From: Desulfosudaceae bacterium
GTDB lineage: Bacteria > Desulfobacterota > Desulfobacteria > Desulfobacterales > Desulfosudaceae
Length of the DNA: 64,000 nt
Assembly (NCBI GenBank): GCA_963674745.2
Contig: CAXXDV010000003.1
Span: 1,632,001 to 1,696,000, forward strand
Reading direction: 5' to 3'
Shown here: in pieces, positions 9,407-19,037 of the stretch
Position numbering within the stretch: the first letter of the stretch is position 1
How the letters are laid out: the number at the start of each line of letters is the position of its first letter
Notes under the pieces: generated by a model
Told to the model about the DNA's origin: nothing
Databases searched by the model: none
The model's input: the letters and a program-made list of their open reading frames with translations, nothing else
Made by a program: the position numbers and the translations under genes

Positions 9407-11296
9407 ATGAGAATTTCACTGCGCAATAAGATTCTTATTCCAACAGTGTTGTTAATCCTTTTCGGCATGGGAACCGCAGCTGTCATTTCCTACATCTCCT
9501 TTTCGAACACTCTGACCGAAACCCGGGTCCAAGACCTGAAACAGACTTCAGGAATGATTGCCAGAATGCTGGATGACTGGTTCCGGGACCGCCAGCTGGA
9601 TGTTCAAAGCTGGTCCCAGCAGAAAATGTATCTTCATGCCGTCCAGGACACTTTCATGGGCCGGGCCGCCAGGTCGGCCAGCAGCGACCAGTTGGCCAAT
9701 CTTAAAAAGAGTTACGGTTATTATGACAACATCTGCCTGGCTGATCAGGCTGGCCGTGTGGTGGCGGCTGCGGATCCGGGGTCTGCCAGAAATATGGTTA
9801 CCGATGAAACCTTTTTCAAAACGGTACTAGACAATGATTCCTTTACTGTATCCCTCGAAAAAGACGCAAAGACCGGCCTCCCCCTTGTAATCATCGCTTC
9901 CCGTATGGAAGGGACGGACCAGGAACCGGGCGTGTTTTTTGCCGTGGTTACCATAGACCGCATAAATTCCCTGTTTATCGACCAGATAAAAATCGGCCGG
10001 ACCGGTTTTGCTTACCTGTATGAGGCAGGTGGACTGATGGTTGCCCACCCGGACCGGCAGCTGCAGCTCAATTATGATCTGAATTCAAATAAAACGTTTA
10101 AAAAATGGAAAGACCTGACCGCAGGTCAGTATATTTCGGGAAGCAATGGAGATAAACGGTGGGTCGCCTTCAACCAGATTCCTTCCATGAACTGGCGGGC
10201 GGCAGTGACTATCTCGGCCGGAGAAGTGCTGGCGCCGGCCAAAAAAATGGGCTTGCTCACCCTTATCGTTACTGTTGTTCTGGTAGGAGCGGCCATATTC
10301 TTTTCCTATCTGCTTTCGCGTTTCATCACCAAACCCATTTTACAGGCAGTTGATCTGGCCGGTCGCGTAGCCGATGGAGATCTTACCGTAAGCATTAAAA
10401 CCCACAGGGGAGATGAGATCGGTCTGCTGACCCGGGCCTTGAGCGATATGACAGGCCGCTTGAGAGATGCCGTAGACCGGGTCCGTTGCGCTGCCGAAAA
10501 TGTTTCGTCGGGCAGTGAACAGGCCAGCGCTTCTGCCGAAGGCTTGTCACAGGGCGCCACAGAACAGTCGTCCCACCTGGAAGAGGTCAGTTCCAGTATG
10601 GAACAGATGATGTCCAATATCAATCAGAACGCGGACAACGCAGCCCAGACAGAACGGATTGCCCTGCAGGCAGCCATGGACGCGGAAGAAGGTGGCTCCC
10701 AGGTACAGGAGACCGTCAGGGCCATGAGGGACATTGCCGAACGGATATCAATTATTGAAGAGATCTCCCGGCAGACCAACCTGCTGGCTTTGAATGCCGC
10801 CATTGAAGCGGCCCGGGCCGGTGAATTCGGTAAAGGGTTCGCCGTGGTAGCGGCCGAGGTCAGAAAACTGGCCGAACGCAGCGGGGAGGCGGCCAAGGAA
10901 ATCGGTGAACGATCCATTAACAGCGTGGATATCGCTGAAAAATCCGGGGCAATGCTGGATAAACTGGTTCCGGATATTCGAAAAACAGCGGAACTGGTTC
11001 AGGAAATCACAGCTTCTTCCAATGAGCAGAAGTCGGGTACAGACCAGATTAACGGCGCCATCAATCAGCTTGATAATGTGGTGCAGCAAAACGCTTCTTC
11101 CGCAGAGGAATTGACTACAACGGCTGAAGGCCTGGCCAGTCAGGCCCAGCAACTCCAGGATGCCATGACCTTTTTCAAAATGGATACGAACCAGGCCGAA
11201 AACCGTTTACCGCCAGGTAAACGTTCGCTGATGATCGGACTTGAGAACAAGAAACCGGGGTCGCCCTTTAAAGTGCAGGATAACGATTTGTTCTAA
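9407..11296 (+). CDS. Methyl-accepting chemotaxis protein (dCache, HAMP, MCP signal domain)
   Basis: Two TM helices; Cache-like [65 protein letters not shown]. Confidence 0.96.
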   Translation: MRISLRNKILIPTVLLILFGMGTAAVISYISFSNTLTETRVQDLKQTSGMIARMLDDWFRDRQLDVQSWSQQKMYLHAVQDTFMGRAARSASSDQLANLKKSYGYYDNICLADQAGRVVAAADPGSARNMVTDETFFKTVLDNDSFTVSLEKDAKTGLPLVIIASRMEGTDQEPGVFFAVVTIDRINSLFIDQIKIGRTGFAYLYEAGGLMVAHPDRQLQLNYDLNSNKTFKKWKDLTAGQYISGSNGDKRWVAFNQIPSMNWRAAVTISAGEVLAPAKKMGLLTLIVTVVLVGAAIFFSYLLSRFITKPILQAVDLAGRVADGDLTVSIKTHRGDEIGLLTRALSDMTGRLRDAVDRVRCAAENVSSGSEQASASAEGLSQGATEQSSHLEEVSSSMEQMMSNINQNADNAAQTERIALQAAMDAEEGGSQVQETVRAMRDIAERISIIEEISRQTNLLALNAAIEAARAGEFGKGFAVVAAEVRKLAERSGEAAKEIGERSINSVDIAEKSGAMLDKLVPDIRKTAELVQEITASSNEQKSGTDQINGAINQLDNVVQQNASSAEELTTTAEGLASQAQQLQDAMTFFKMDTNQAENRLPPGKRSLMIGLENKKPGSPFKVQDNDLF

Positions 11297-11592
11297 ATCA
11301 ATATACGCAAAACAATGATCAAAAAGTAAGGCCTGAAATACCCTTTTTGACCTCAAGTAGGATATTTTTGGTTTTTCCCGGTGTGATTCACGTATTAAAC
11401 AAATACCCTGATGGAGTGTCTTTATTTCGACGGCAACCGACTTGAAGCGCTTTTTTTTGCTTTTTTTTTACAAAAATTGCAAAAAATACCAGGATAAGAT
11501 GTTCCTTCAAAAAGCTTTCAATCGCCATTCACCTGCTGTAAATATTTGAAATAAAAAAACTAAAGAACTGCCCGAAGCGACTCCCCCGGCTA

Positions 11593-11608
11593 TGGCGCAG
11601 AAATTGCT
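11593..11608 (+). promoter_or_regulatory. Sigma54 (-24/-12) promoter
   Basis: TGGCGCAGAAATTGCT matches TGGC-N7-TTGC, about 60 bp upstream of the 11671 start, with an AT-rich IHF-like stretch upstream. Confidence 0.75.
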
Positions 11609-11670
11609 AAATGCATATAACAACACTAGGATTTATACTGGCATAAACGAGAAAGCGGAGGAAACAAACA

Positions 11671-13977
11671 ATGAATATGAATAAAACACACCTTGACACG
11701 CTTCGTTATTCTTGTTTGCTGGCGGTAATCGTCCTCGGGCTTCTGTGCATCATCGGAACCGGTGGTGGTGGCGGTGGCGGGGATGATGACAATGACGGAC
11801 TGGGCATGTATTACCGCGACGGCGACAATGACGGATATGGTGACGCGGCCGCCTCCATAGAAGCCGTTTCCCAGCCGCAAGGATATGTAAACGACGATAC
11901 CGACTGTGATGATAACAACACGGCCATATATCCGGGCGCGGCTGAAGTTTGTGACGACGACATCGACAATGACTGCGACGGGCTGATCGACGAGGGCTGC
12001 GATACGAACACCTGCACCGACTCGGACAAAGACGGTTTTTATGCCCAGGGGGGATGCGGCACGGCGGTCGACTGCAACGACGCCAAAGCAGCCGTTCACC
12101 CCGGCGCTGCTGAAGTATGTGAAGACGGTATCGACAATGACTGCGACGGACTGATCGACGAGGATTGTGCCGATGATGACTGCACCGACGCGGACAATGA
12201 CGGCTTTTTTGCCGAGAGCGGATGCGGCACGGCAGTCGACTGCGACGACACCAAAGCAGCTGTTCGCCCCGGCGCGGCCGAAATATGTGACGACGATATC
12301 GACAATGACTGCGACGGAAACGTCGACGAGGATTGCCCCGACTGCACCGACGCGGACAAAGACGGTTTTTTTGCCGAAGGGGGATGCGATATAGAAATTG
12401 ACTGCGACGACACCAAGGCGGACATTAATCCCGACGCTGACGAAGTCTGTGACGACGGCATCGACAACGACTGCGACGGGGATGTGGACGAAGGCTGTTC
12501 TACCTGCACCGACGCAGATGGTGACGGGTATTTTGTCGAGTCAGGCTGCGGTGATATCTTTTTCGACAGCGTTGACTGCAATGACAACAACGCGGCCATA
12601 TACCCTTATGCCACGGAGATATGTAACGACGGTATCGACAATGACTGCGACGGCCAGGTGGACGAGGCCGATGACTGTTCGGTTGATGCATGCCAGGACG
12701 CGGATGGTGACGGTTATTATAACAAATCAGGCTGCGGCGGAAACGCGATGCTGGAGGGTGTTGACTGCAATGACAACAACGCCTCCATTCGTCCCGGCGC
12801 CACGGAGATCTGCGACGGTATCGATAACGACTGCGATGGACAGATCGATGAAGGCTGCTCGAGCAGTACCTGCACCGACAGGGACAATGACGGCTATTAT
12901 GCCGAAGCGAACTGCGGCAATGCCTTTATCGACGGTGTCGACTGCAACGACAACAACGCGGCTGTGCATCCCGACGCCACGGAAATCTGCAACGACAACA
13001 TCGATAACGACTGTGACGGCCAGGTCGACGAAAACTGCTCTACCGGCACCTGCACCGACGCGGACCACGACGGGTATTATGCCGAGGCCGACTGCGGCAA
13101 CCCGTTTGGCGGCGGTGTCGACTGCGATGACAACAACCCGGCCATTCATCCCGGCGCCACGGAGGTCTGCGACGACAGGCGCGACAACGACTGCGACGGA
13201 CAGGTGGACGAGGGATGTGCCCAGGATACTTTCACCAACTCCCTGGGCATGACCTTCCGGCGGATTCCTGCCGGTACCTTTATCATGGGGTCGGGCAGCG
13301 GAGACACCCCCCACCAGGTCACGATCACCAAAGATTTTTATATCCAGACCACCGAGGTGACCCAGGCCCAGTGGCAGGCAGCCTACGGGGGCAACCCCTC
13401 GTATTTTACCAATTGCGGCGGCAACTGCCCGGTGGAGAGGATATCCTGGAATATAACCCGGTATTTTATCGGCGCCATGAACAAGCGGGGAGAAGGCACC
13501 TACCGGCTGCCGACCGAGGCGGAGTGGGAATATGCCTGTGGGGCCGGCAGTACCACGGCCTTTTCCAACGGCCCGATTACGGATCTTTACTGCGGTTATA
13601 ATGCCAGTTTGAGCACCATCGGCTGGTACTGCTATAACTCGGCGGTAACCTATGCCGGGTGCGATAATATCAGCAGCTATACCGGCCCCGCCTGCGCGGG
13701 AACGCAACCCGTAGCGCAGAAACAACCCAATGCCTGGGGCCTGTATGACATGCACGGCAATGTCACCGAGTGGGTCTCGGACATTTATGCCGCCTACCCT
13801 TCTGAAAGCGTAGTTAATCCCACAGGCGCCGCCACCGGAACCGCCAGGATCTATCGCGGCGGCTGCTGGCACAATTTCGCCCAGGAATGTACCTCCGCGG
13901 TTCGCCATACCAGTTGTCCGGTCGGCACCGATAATGGCCGCGGATTCCGCCTGGTCGTGGTTCCGCCCGGCCAATAG
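11671..13977 (+). CDS. Exported protein with 8 MopE-like putative metal-binding repeats and a C-terminal FGE-sulfatase (SUMF1/CLec-fold) domain
   Basis: Hydrophobic leader + poly-Gly; repeats DCxDxxxxxxPxAxExCxDxxDNDCDGxxDExC; C-terminus F..IPAGTFIMGS, TEVTQAQW, PVE.ISW, YRLPTEAEWEYAC, PNAWGLYDMHGNVTEWVSD, RGGCW and GFRLV. Confidence 0.92.
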   Translation: MNMNKTHLDTLRYSCLLAVIVLGLLCIIGTGGGGGGGDDDNDGLGMYYRDGDNDGYGDAAASIEAVSQPQGYVNDDTDCDDNNTAIYPGAAEVCDDDIDNDCDGLIDEGCDTNTCTDSDKDGFYAQGGCGTAVDCNDAKAAVHPGAAEVCEDGIDNDCDGLIDEDCADDDCTDADNDGFFAESGCGTAVDCDDTKAAVRPGAAEICDDDIDNDCDGNVDEDCPDCTDADKDGFFAEGGCDIEIDCDDTKADINPDADEVCDDGIDNDCDGDVDEGCSTCTDADGDGYFVESGCGDIFFDSVDCNDNNAAIYPYATEICNDGIDNDCDGQVDEADDCSVDACQDADGDGYYNKSGCGGNAMLEGVDCNDNNASIRPGATEICDGIDNDCDGQIDEGCSSSTCTDRDNDGYYAEANCGNAFIDGVDCNDNNAAVHPDATEICNDNIDNDCDGQVDENCSTGTCTDADHDGYYAEADCGNPFGGGVDCDDNNPAIHPGATEVCDDRRDNDCDGQVDEGCAQDTFTNSLGMTFRRIPAGTFIMGSGSGDTPHQVTITKDFYIQTTEVTQAQWQAAYGGNPSYFTNCGGNCPVERISWNITRYFIGAMNKRGEGTYRLPTEAEWEYACGAGSTTAFSNGPITDLYCGYNASLSTIGWYCYNSAVTYAGCDNISSYTGPACAGTQPVAQKQPNAWGLYDMHGNVTEWVSDIYAAYPSESVVNPTGAATGTARIYRGGCWHNFAQECTSAVRHTSCPVGTDNGRGFRLVVVPPGQ
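11800..13220 (+). repeat. Eight coding Asp/Cys-rich repeats (~55-62 aa each)
   Basis: GAC/GAT-AAY-GACTGYGAYGG (DNDCDG) occurs eight times. Confidence 0.9.
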
Positions 13978-13995
13978 CACAGGAGCGGCAAAAGC

Positions 13996-14516
13996 GAAGT
14001 GGTCTTCACTGCCGGCCAACAAGTGGTTCTGGGCCTGTTCTTCGGCTGTGAAGGACATCCTGGGTAAGCAGCCGGGAGATGTCCCGCGTATTGTACAAAC
14101 GGACTTTTTACAGAAAATCATAGGGGGTTTCCGCTCCCATGACCATCATGCCATGGCTGATGCCCCATTCGGCCATCATGCCGTTTTCCATCTGGCGTTC
14201 GGCAAAAAAATTTACAACGGGTTTTTAATTTCAGATTCAATCCCGGCCTTATCAAGCGCCCTCTTACGGCCCCGGCACGGGAGGTAACTGCCAGATTATT
14301 TATCTTACCGGCCACCTGCCGAACCTCTTCAAGGTTGTCCATGCCGACACAGGTTAATAACCTGTTGAGCTGAAAATTCAGATGTTCATGGGGATGAAGC
14401 TGGAAAAACTGATCCGGCACCCTGATTTCAGGCAGAGTATGATCATCACGCAGGCCGAAAAATAATACCACGGCCATAGCAGCCGCAATTGCTGACACAT
14501 AATATATTTTTTTCAT
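13996..14516 (-). pseudogene. Degraded alpha/beta-hydrolase-like gene (large deletion, frameshifts, internal stop)
   Basis: N-terminal leader + FFQLHP..LNFQLNR; in other frames EWGISHGMMVMGAETPYDFL*KVRLYNTRDISRLLTQDV (TAA at 14108-14110), FTAEEQAQNH and LLAGSEDHF. These segments resemble a hydrolase family I recall from memory. Confidence 0.6.
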
Positions 14517-14840
14517 TTGAATGTTCCTGAGTCCGAAAATTTAATTATAATACCACCGGCAGGTTTCTGAATCAAGGCAAAGGGAATCCTGGAACCAGCG
14601 CTTAACCAACATAACACATTGAACTTAAAGGAAAAAATTAAAATCCCCGCTTGATGTGCCCTTGTAGACGGCCCCTGATTTCTCCCCAACAGCTTGTTTT
14701 CATGAAGAGAGAAAAGGACTCGACGTACTTTACGTCTTGTTTTTCGAACTGTATAGATTTTAATCTGTCTAAAAAGATGGTATAAAAAAAATAGTGTCCA
14801 AAATATCATCATACATAAACTTAGATAGGAGCCCAAGACC

Positions 14841-16892
14841 GTGCAAAAAGATGGCTACACATACCAGGGCGATGTAAAGAAAGTCAGTGTATTTAAAAAA
14901 GTAAAGCATGGACAGGGAACACAGACTTTCTCAGACGGGTCCAGATACGAGGGCGAGTTCAAGGATGATGCTTACGAAGGAAAAGGAACACTGACTTTTC
15001 CGGACGGAAAGAAATTCGAAGGGGAATGGAAAGAAGACCGTTTTTTAAAAGGAACGGTGACTTCCCCGGACGGATCAAAATACGAGGGTGAATGCAAGGA
15101 TGGTCGTCCCTCGGGAACAGGTGTGCTGAATCTCCCGGACGGGAAAAAATACGAGGGCGAATTTACGAATGGCCGTCCCACTGGAAAAGGGATGCTGACT
15201 TTTCAGGATGGGAAAAAATATGAAGGGGAATGTAAGGATGGCCGGCCCGCGGGAAAAGGAATGCTGAGCCTTCCGGACGGGAAAAAATACGAGGGTGAAT
15301 TTAAGGACGGCAGTTTTGTAACCGGAACGCTAAGCCTTCCGGACGGGACAAAATGCGAGGGTGTATTCAAGGGCGGTGCGCTTGTAAAAGGAAAGATGAC
15401 TTCCCCGGACGGGAAAAAACACGAAGGGGAATTTGCGGATGGTCATTTTGTAACCGGAACGCTGAGTCTCCCGGACGGGACAAAATACGAGGGAGAATTC
15501 AGGGGCGATGCGCTTGTTAAAGGGACAGTGACGAATCCGGACGGACAGAAACACGAGGGGGAATGGAATAATGGTGTTCTTGTCAAGGGAATGCTGACGC
15601 TTCCGGACGGCGCAGAATACGAAGGTGATTGCAAGGATGGCAAACCCGAAGGAAACGGGGTAATGACGCTCCCGGATGGACGAAAGTACGAAGGCGAATT
15701 CAAGGATGGGGTGCTTGTAAAAGGAATGATGACGCTCCCGGACGGATCAAAATATGCAGTAGAAAAAAAGGATGAGCATACCTCTGGAACAGGGACGCTG
15801 ACGCTTCCGGACGGAACAAAATACGAAGGTGATTATAAGGATGGCCGTCCCAATGGGAGTGGCGTGATGATGTTCCCGGACGGACGAAAAAGTGAGGGTG
15901 AATTCAGAAAGAGTATGCTTGTAAAAGGTGCGACTACCTATCCGGACGGCACAAAATACGAGGGCGAATGGAAAAAGGGCGTTCTTACCAAAGGCGTGGC
16001 GAAGTTCCCGGACGGGACAAAATACGAAGGCGATTTCATGGAAGATACATACAATGGCGAAGGAATGCTGACGCTCCCGGATGGATCCAAATACGAAGGG
16101 GTATGGAAGAGTGGTGCGCTTATATTAGGGATGGTGACTTCTCCGGACGGCACAAAATACGACGGCGCTTTAAAGGAAGATGCCTACAATGGTAAAGGCA
16201 TACTGACGCTCCCGGATGGGAAAACATACGAAGGAGAATTTGAGGATAACCATCTGATAAACGGGACGGTGACGTTCCCGGACGGGTCAAGATGTGAGGG
16301 AAAATTCGAGGATAACCTTCTGGTTAATGGGACGTTGACTTTCCCGGACGGAAAAATATACGAGGGGGATTTCAAAGAAGGTCTTCTGATAAATGGAACG
16401 GTGACGTTCCCGGACGGCGCGAAATACGAAGGTGATTATAAGGATGGCCGTCCCGAAGGACACGGGACGATGACTTCCCCGGACGGCACAAAATACGAAG
16501 GAGGATATAAGGATGGCCGTCCCGAAGGACACGGGACGATGACTTTCCCGGACGGGTCACAATTCGTGGGAGATTTCAGTGGCGGCAGTCCTCTTGGGAC
16601 GGGTACAGTCACTTTTCCGTCCGGAAGAAAATACGAGGGCGAATTTATGAATTATACCCCCCATGGTAAAGGGACCATGACGCTCCCGGACGGGTCAGAA
16701 TTCGTAGGTGAATGCACAGATGGCGTTCTGATCAGTGGTGCGGTGACTTATCCGAACGGATCGAAATACGAGGGTCAATTCAAGGATTATCGACCGCACG
16801 GGACAGGCACACTGACCTCACCAGACGGGACAAAACACATGGGGGAATTTAAGGATGGTAGTCCTGTAATTCCCAAGCAGACAACTTCCTGA
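14841..16892 (+). CDS. MORN-repeat protein (~29-30 repeats)
   Basis: SD AGGAG + GTG start; the whole protein is G.G.LT.PDG.KYEGEFKDG units of 22-23 aa. Confidence 0.93.
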   Translation: MQKDGYTYQGDVKKVSVFKKVKHGQGTQTFSDGSRYEGEFKDDAYEGKGTLTFPDGKKFEGEWKEDRFLKGTVTSPDGSKYEGECKDGRPSGTGVLNLPDGKKYEGEFTNGRPTGKGMLTFQDGKKYEGECKDGRPAGKGMLSLPDGKKYEGEFKDGSFVTGTLSLPDGTKCEGVFKGGALVKGKMTSPDGKKHEGEFADGHFVTGTLSLPDGTKYEGEFRGDALVKGTVTNPDGQKHEGEWNNGVLVKGMLTLPDGAEYEGDCKDGKPEGNGVMTLPDGRKYEGEFKDGVLVKGMMTLPDGSKYAVEKKDEHTSGTGTLTLPDGTKYEGDYKDGRPNGSGVMMFPDGRKSEGEFRKSMLVKGATTYPDGTKYEGEWKKGVLTKGVAKFPDGTKYEGDFMEDTYNGEGMLTLPDGSKYEGVWKSGALILGMVTSPDGTKYDGALKEDAYNGKGILTLPDGKTYEGEFEDNHLINGTVTFPDGSRCEGKFEDNLLVNGTLTFPDGKIYEGDFKEGLLINGTVTFPDGAKYEGDYKDGRPEGHGTMTSPDGTKYEGGYKDGRPEGHGTMTFPDGSQFVGDFSGGSPLGTGTVTFPSGRKYEGEFMNYTPHGKGTMTLPDGSEFVGECTDGVLISGAVTYPNGSKYEGQFKDYRPHGTGTLTSPDGTKHMGEFKDGSPVIPKQTTS

Positions 16893-16961
16893 CCTGCTGC
16901 CGGGTCGCACCACGTAAACTTCTTCATTTATCCACCCTCGCGCGTTACAGATGAGGCTGAA

Positions 16962-18191
16962 ATGATTAAAATCGCGGAACTCGACACCTTGCGCCGGTTG
17001 CTGGACAACCGGGGCTGGCGTCTGCGTTTCAGCAATGAGCTGGAACATGAATTCCAGCTGGATTATTTCCAACGTTATTTCCTGCACATGCAGATTGCCG
17101 GAATAACAGGTTTGCTTGTCTTTCTGGCCAGCGGATTTCTGGACATGATCTGGACGCCCGAAGTGGCTGAAAAGGAATGGCTGGTAAGAGTTATTGCCAG
17201 CATGCCCATGGCGTTGCCTTTGCTGCTCAGTTTCTGGGACCCGTTTAAACAAAAATTCGGCCAACGCCTCATGCAGCCGGGAATCTGCCTCTTTGCCTCA
17301 AGTGTCGTGGCCGGACTGGTCGCCATATCCCTTATTGCTCCCGAACCCTACAATTACTATTATTATAACGCCATCTCCGTGGCCATGGTGATGGTATTTG
17401 TTTTGTCGCGTATACAGTTCAAATGGGGGGTGATCTCCGCCATCATTATGATGATCACGTTTAATGTCGGGCTGATCCTGTTCGGTTCTTCCCATAACAA
17501 GCTGGCAATTGTGGTCATCAATAATTACGTGTTTTTCGGTGCAGCCATCGCCGCGGTGGTCGGCACGTTCCTGATAGAGCGCACCCTGCGACAGAATTAC
17601 CTGCAATCGCGTCTGCTGTCCGTTGAAATCCGTGACCTTGAGGAATCCAACCTGAAACTGCAATACCTGACAGCCATTGACGGCCTGACCCAGGTGGCCA
17701 ACCGCCGCAGCCTGGATCGGCGCCTGGCTCTCGAATGGCAGCGTGCCCGGAGAAAGCGTAACCCGCTGGGGTTCATCATGGTGGATATCGATCATTTCAA
17801 GCTGTTTAACGACAAGTATGGCCACCAGGCCGGCGACGAATGCCTTCGGGTGGTGGCTGCCCTGCTTAACAGCCATGCCCGCCGTCCCGGAGATGTGACG
17901 GCAAGATACGGCGGAGAGGAATTTGCGCTGGTACTCACTGACGCCACTGCGGACCAGGCCAGAATTGTCGCCGAAGTGTTGAGAAGAAAACTGGTGGAAG
18001 TGATCATTTCATACAACGATACCGTCGACGCCAAGGTGACCGCCAGTTTCGGTGTAGCGAGCATGGTGCCCGACAGCGGACAGACAAACCCGGAAGCCCT
18101 GATCCTGGCGGCCGACAATGCACTGTACCAGGCCAAAAGAGCTGGCCGCAACTGTGTCATGGTATATGGCCAACCGGATAACAACAAATAA
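16962..18191 (+). CDS. Membrane-bound diguanylate cyclase (GGDEF)
   Basis: About six TM helices; DGLTQVANRR, DIDHFK..NDKYGHQAGD, RPGD I-site, RYGGEEF and ADNALYQAK.AGRN. Confidence 0.96.
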   Translation: MIKIAELDTLRRLLDNRGWRLRFSNELEHEFQLDYFQRYFLHMQIAGITGLLVFLASGFLDMIWTPEVAEKEWLVRVIASMPMALPLLLSFWDPFKQKFGQRLMQPGICLFASSVVAGLVAISLIAPEPYNYYYYNAISVAMVMVFVLSRIQFKWGVISAIIMMITFNVGLILFGSSHNKLAIVVINNYVFFGAAIAAVVGTFLIERTLRQNYLQSRLLSVEIRDLEESNLKLQYLTAIDGLTQVANRRSLDRRLALEWQRARRKRNPLGFIMVDIDHFKLFNDKYGHQAGDECLRVVAALLNSHARRPGDVTARYGGEEFALVLTDATADQARIVAEVLRRKLVEVIISYNDTVDAKVTASFGVASMVPDSGQTNPEALILAADNALYQAKRAGRNCVMVYGQPDNNK

Positions 18192-18196
18192 CGTAT

Positions 18197-18793
18197 TTAT
18201 TTCTTCGTTGCGGTCGTCAATGAATGGATAATGACGGCATAAGCAATAAGCAAAAGGCCCACCAGCCCCCAAAGGGGCCAGTCCGGATGCGGTATGAAGG
18301 GGATAAGCGTTTTTAAAGGGACCCAGCAGTCGAGATGGATCACCAGAAAATGACCTTCAGGGGGATTTCCCATGGGGTGTGTTACCAGGTAAGCCCAGTT
18401 GCTGCGCGGAATGTTCTGGCGTAACGGAGAATTCAGCATGGACGCCATCACTTTAACGGGCACAGACGGTATATCTTTACCCGCCATTTCCAGGACAGGG
18501 GCCCCTCCCCGGTAATACCAGACGCCTTTTACCCGTCCTTTTCCCAGGGGGCCTTCGGCATGCTGCCGGAGCAGCGCATTAATATCCGGAGAGGGTTTCT
18601 GAAGTTCACTGCTTATGAGTTTACAAAGGCAGCGCCCTTGCTGCAATTTTTCATTCATCAGCGCATAGCGGCCGGTTCTCATACCATGATGCAGGCTGAA
18701 TGCGGAACCGAGTAAAAGTATCACCAGAACAAAACACAAATGGAATAAGGTGCACTGTCGCCAGGGATGGCGCTGTGATTTATTCGCTTCCAT
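18197..18793 (-). CDS. Hypothetical two-TM membrane protein with a periplasmic loop
   Basis: ORF with hydrophobic segments near both ends; start uncertain (18793/18835/18895). Confidence 0.6.
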   Translation of the reverse strand: MEANKSQRHPWRQCTLFHLCFVLVILLLGSAFSLHHGMRTGRYALMNEKLQQGRCLCKLISSELQKPSPDINALLRQHAEGPLGKGRVKGVWYYRGGAPVLEMAGKDIPSVPVKVMASMLNSPLRQNIPRSNWAYLVTHPMGNPPEGHFLVIHLDCWVPLKTLIPFIPHPDWPLWGLVGLLLIAYAVIIHSLTTATKK

Positions 18794-19037
18794 GGTTTTT
18801 AACATATCATGATTGTTATCGAAAGGTGAAGTCATAATGGCCCGGGCGAGCAATCTTCTGAATTGACACCCGGGGATGATCCCGCTAAAATACAAAAACT
18901 AAAGAAAAATTTTCCTTCTGAAAAGGCATCGGGGGCAATTTTTTTTAGCATTTGGGGGAATATCTAAACAATTAATCTAATTTTATTTTAAACCATTATC
19001 CGGCATTGGGTGGCAGGAAATGGGCTGGGGTTAAAAA

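Noticed and set aside
12727..14121. 464-aa minus-strand ORF (and 12398..13252 +, 284 aa)
   Set aside because: Shadow frames of the repetitive, codon-biased MopE/FGE gene; no independent motifs except the short pseudogene piece near 14000-14050.
11300..14840. Complete DGR cassette around the FGE gene
   Set aside because: No reverse transcriptase, Avd or AAC-rich template repeat is visible in the window.
14900..16860. Regularly spaced CCGGACGG repeats that could suggest a CRISPR array
   Set aside because: They are codons of in-frame MORN repeats (PDG); the intervening sequences are homologous to each other and there are no cas genes.
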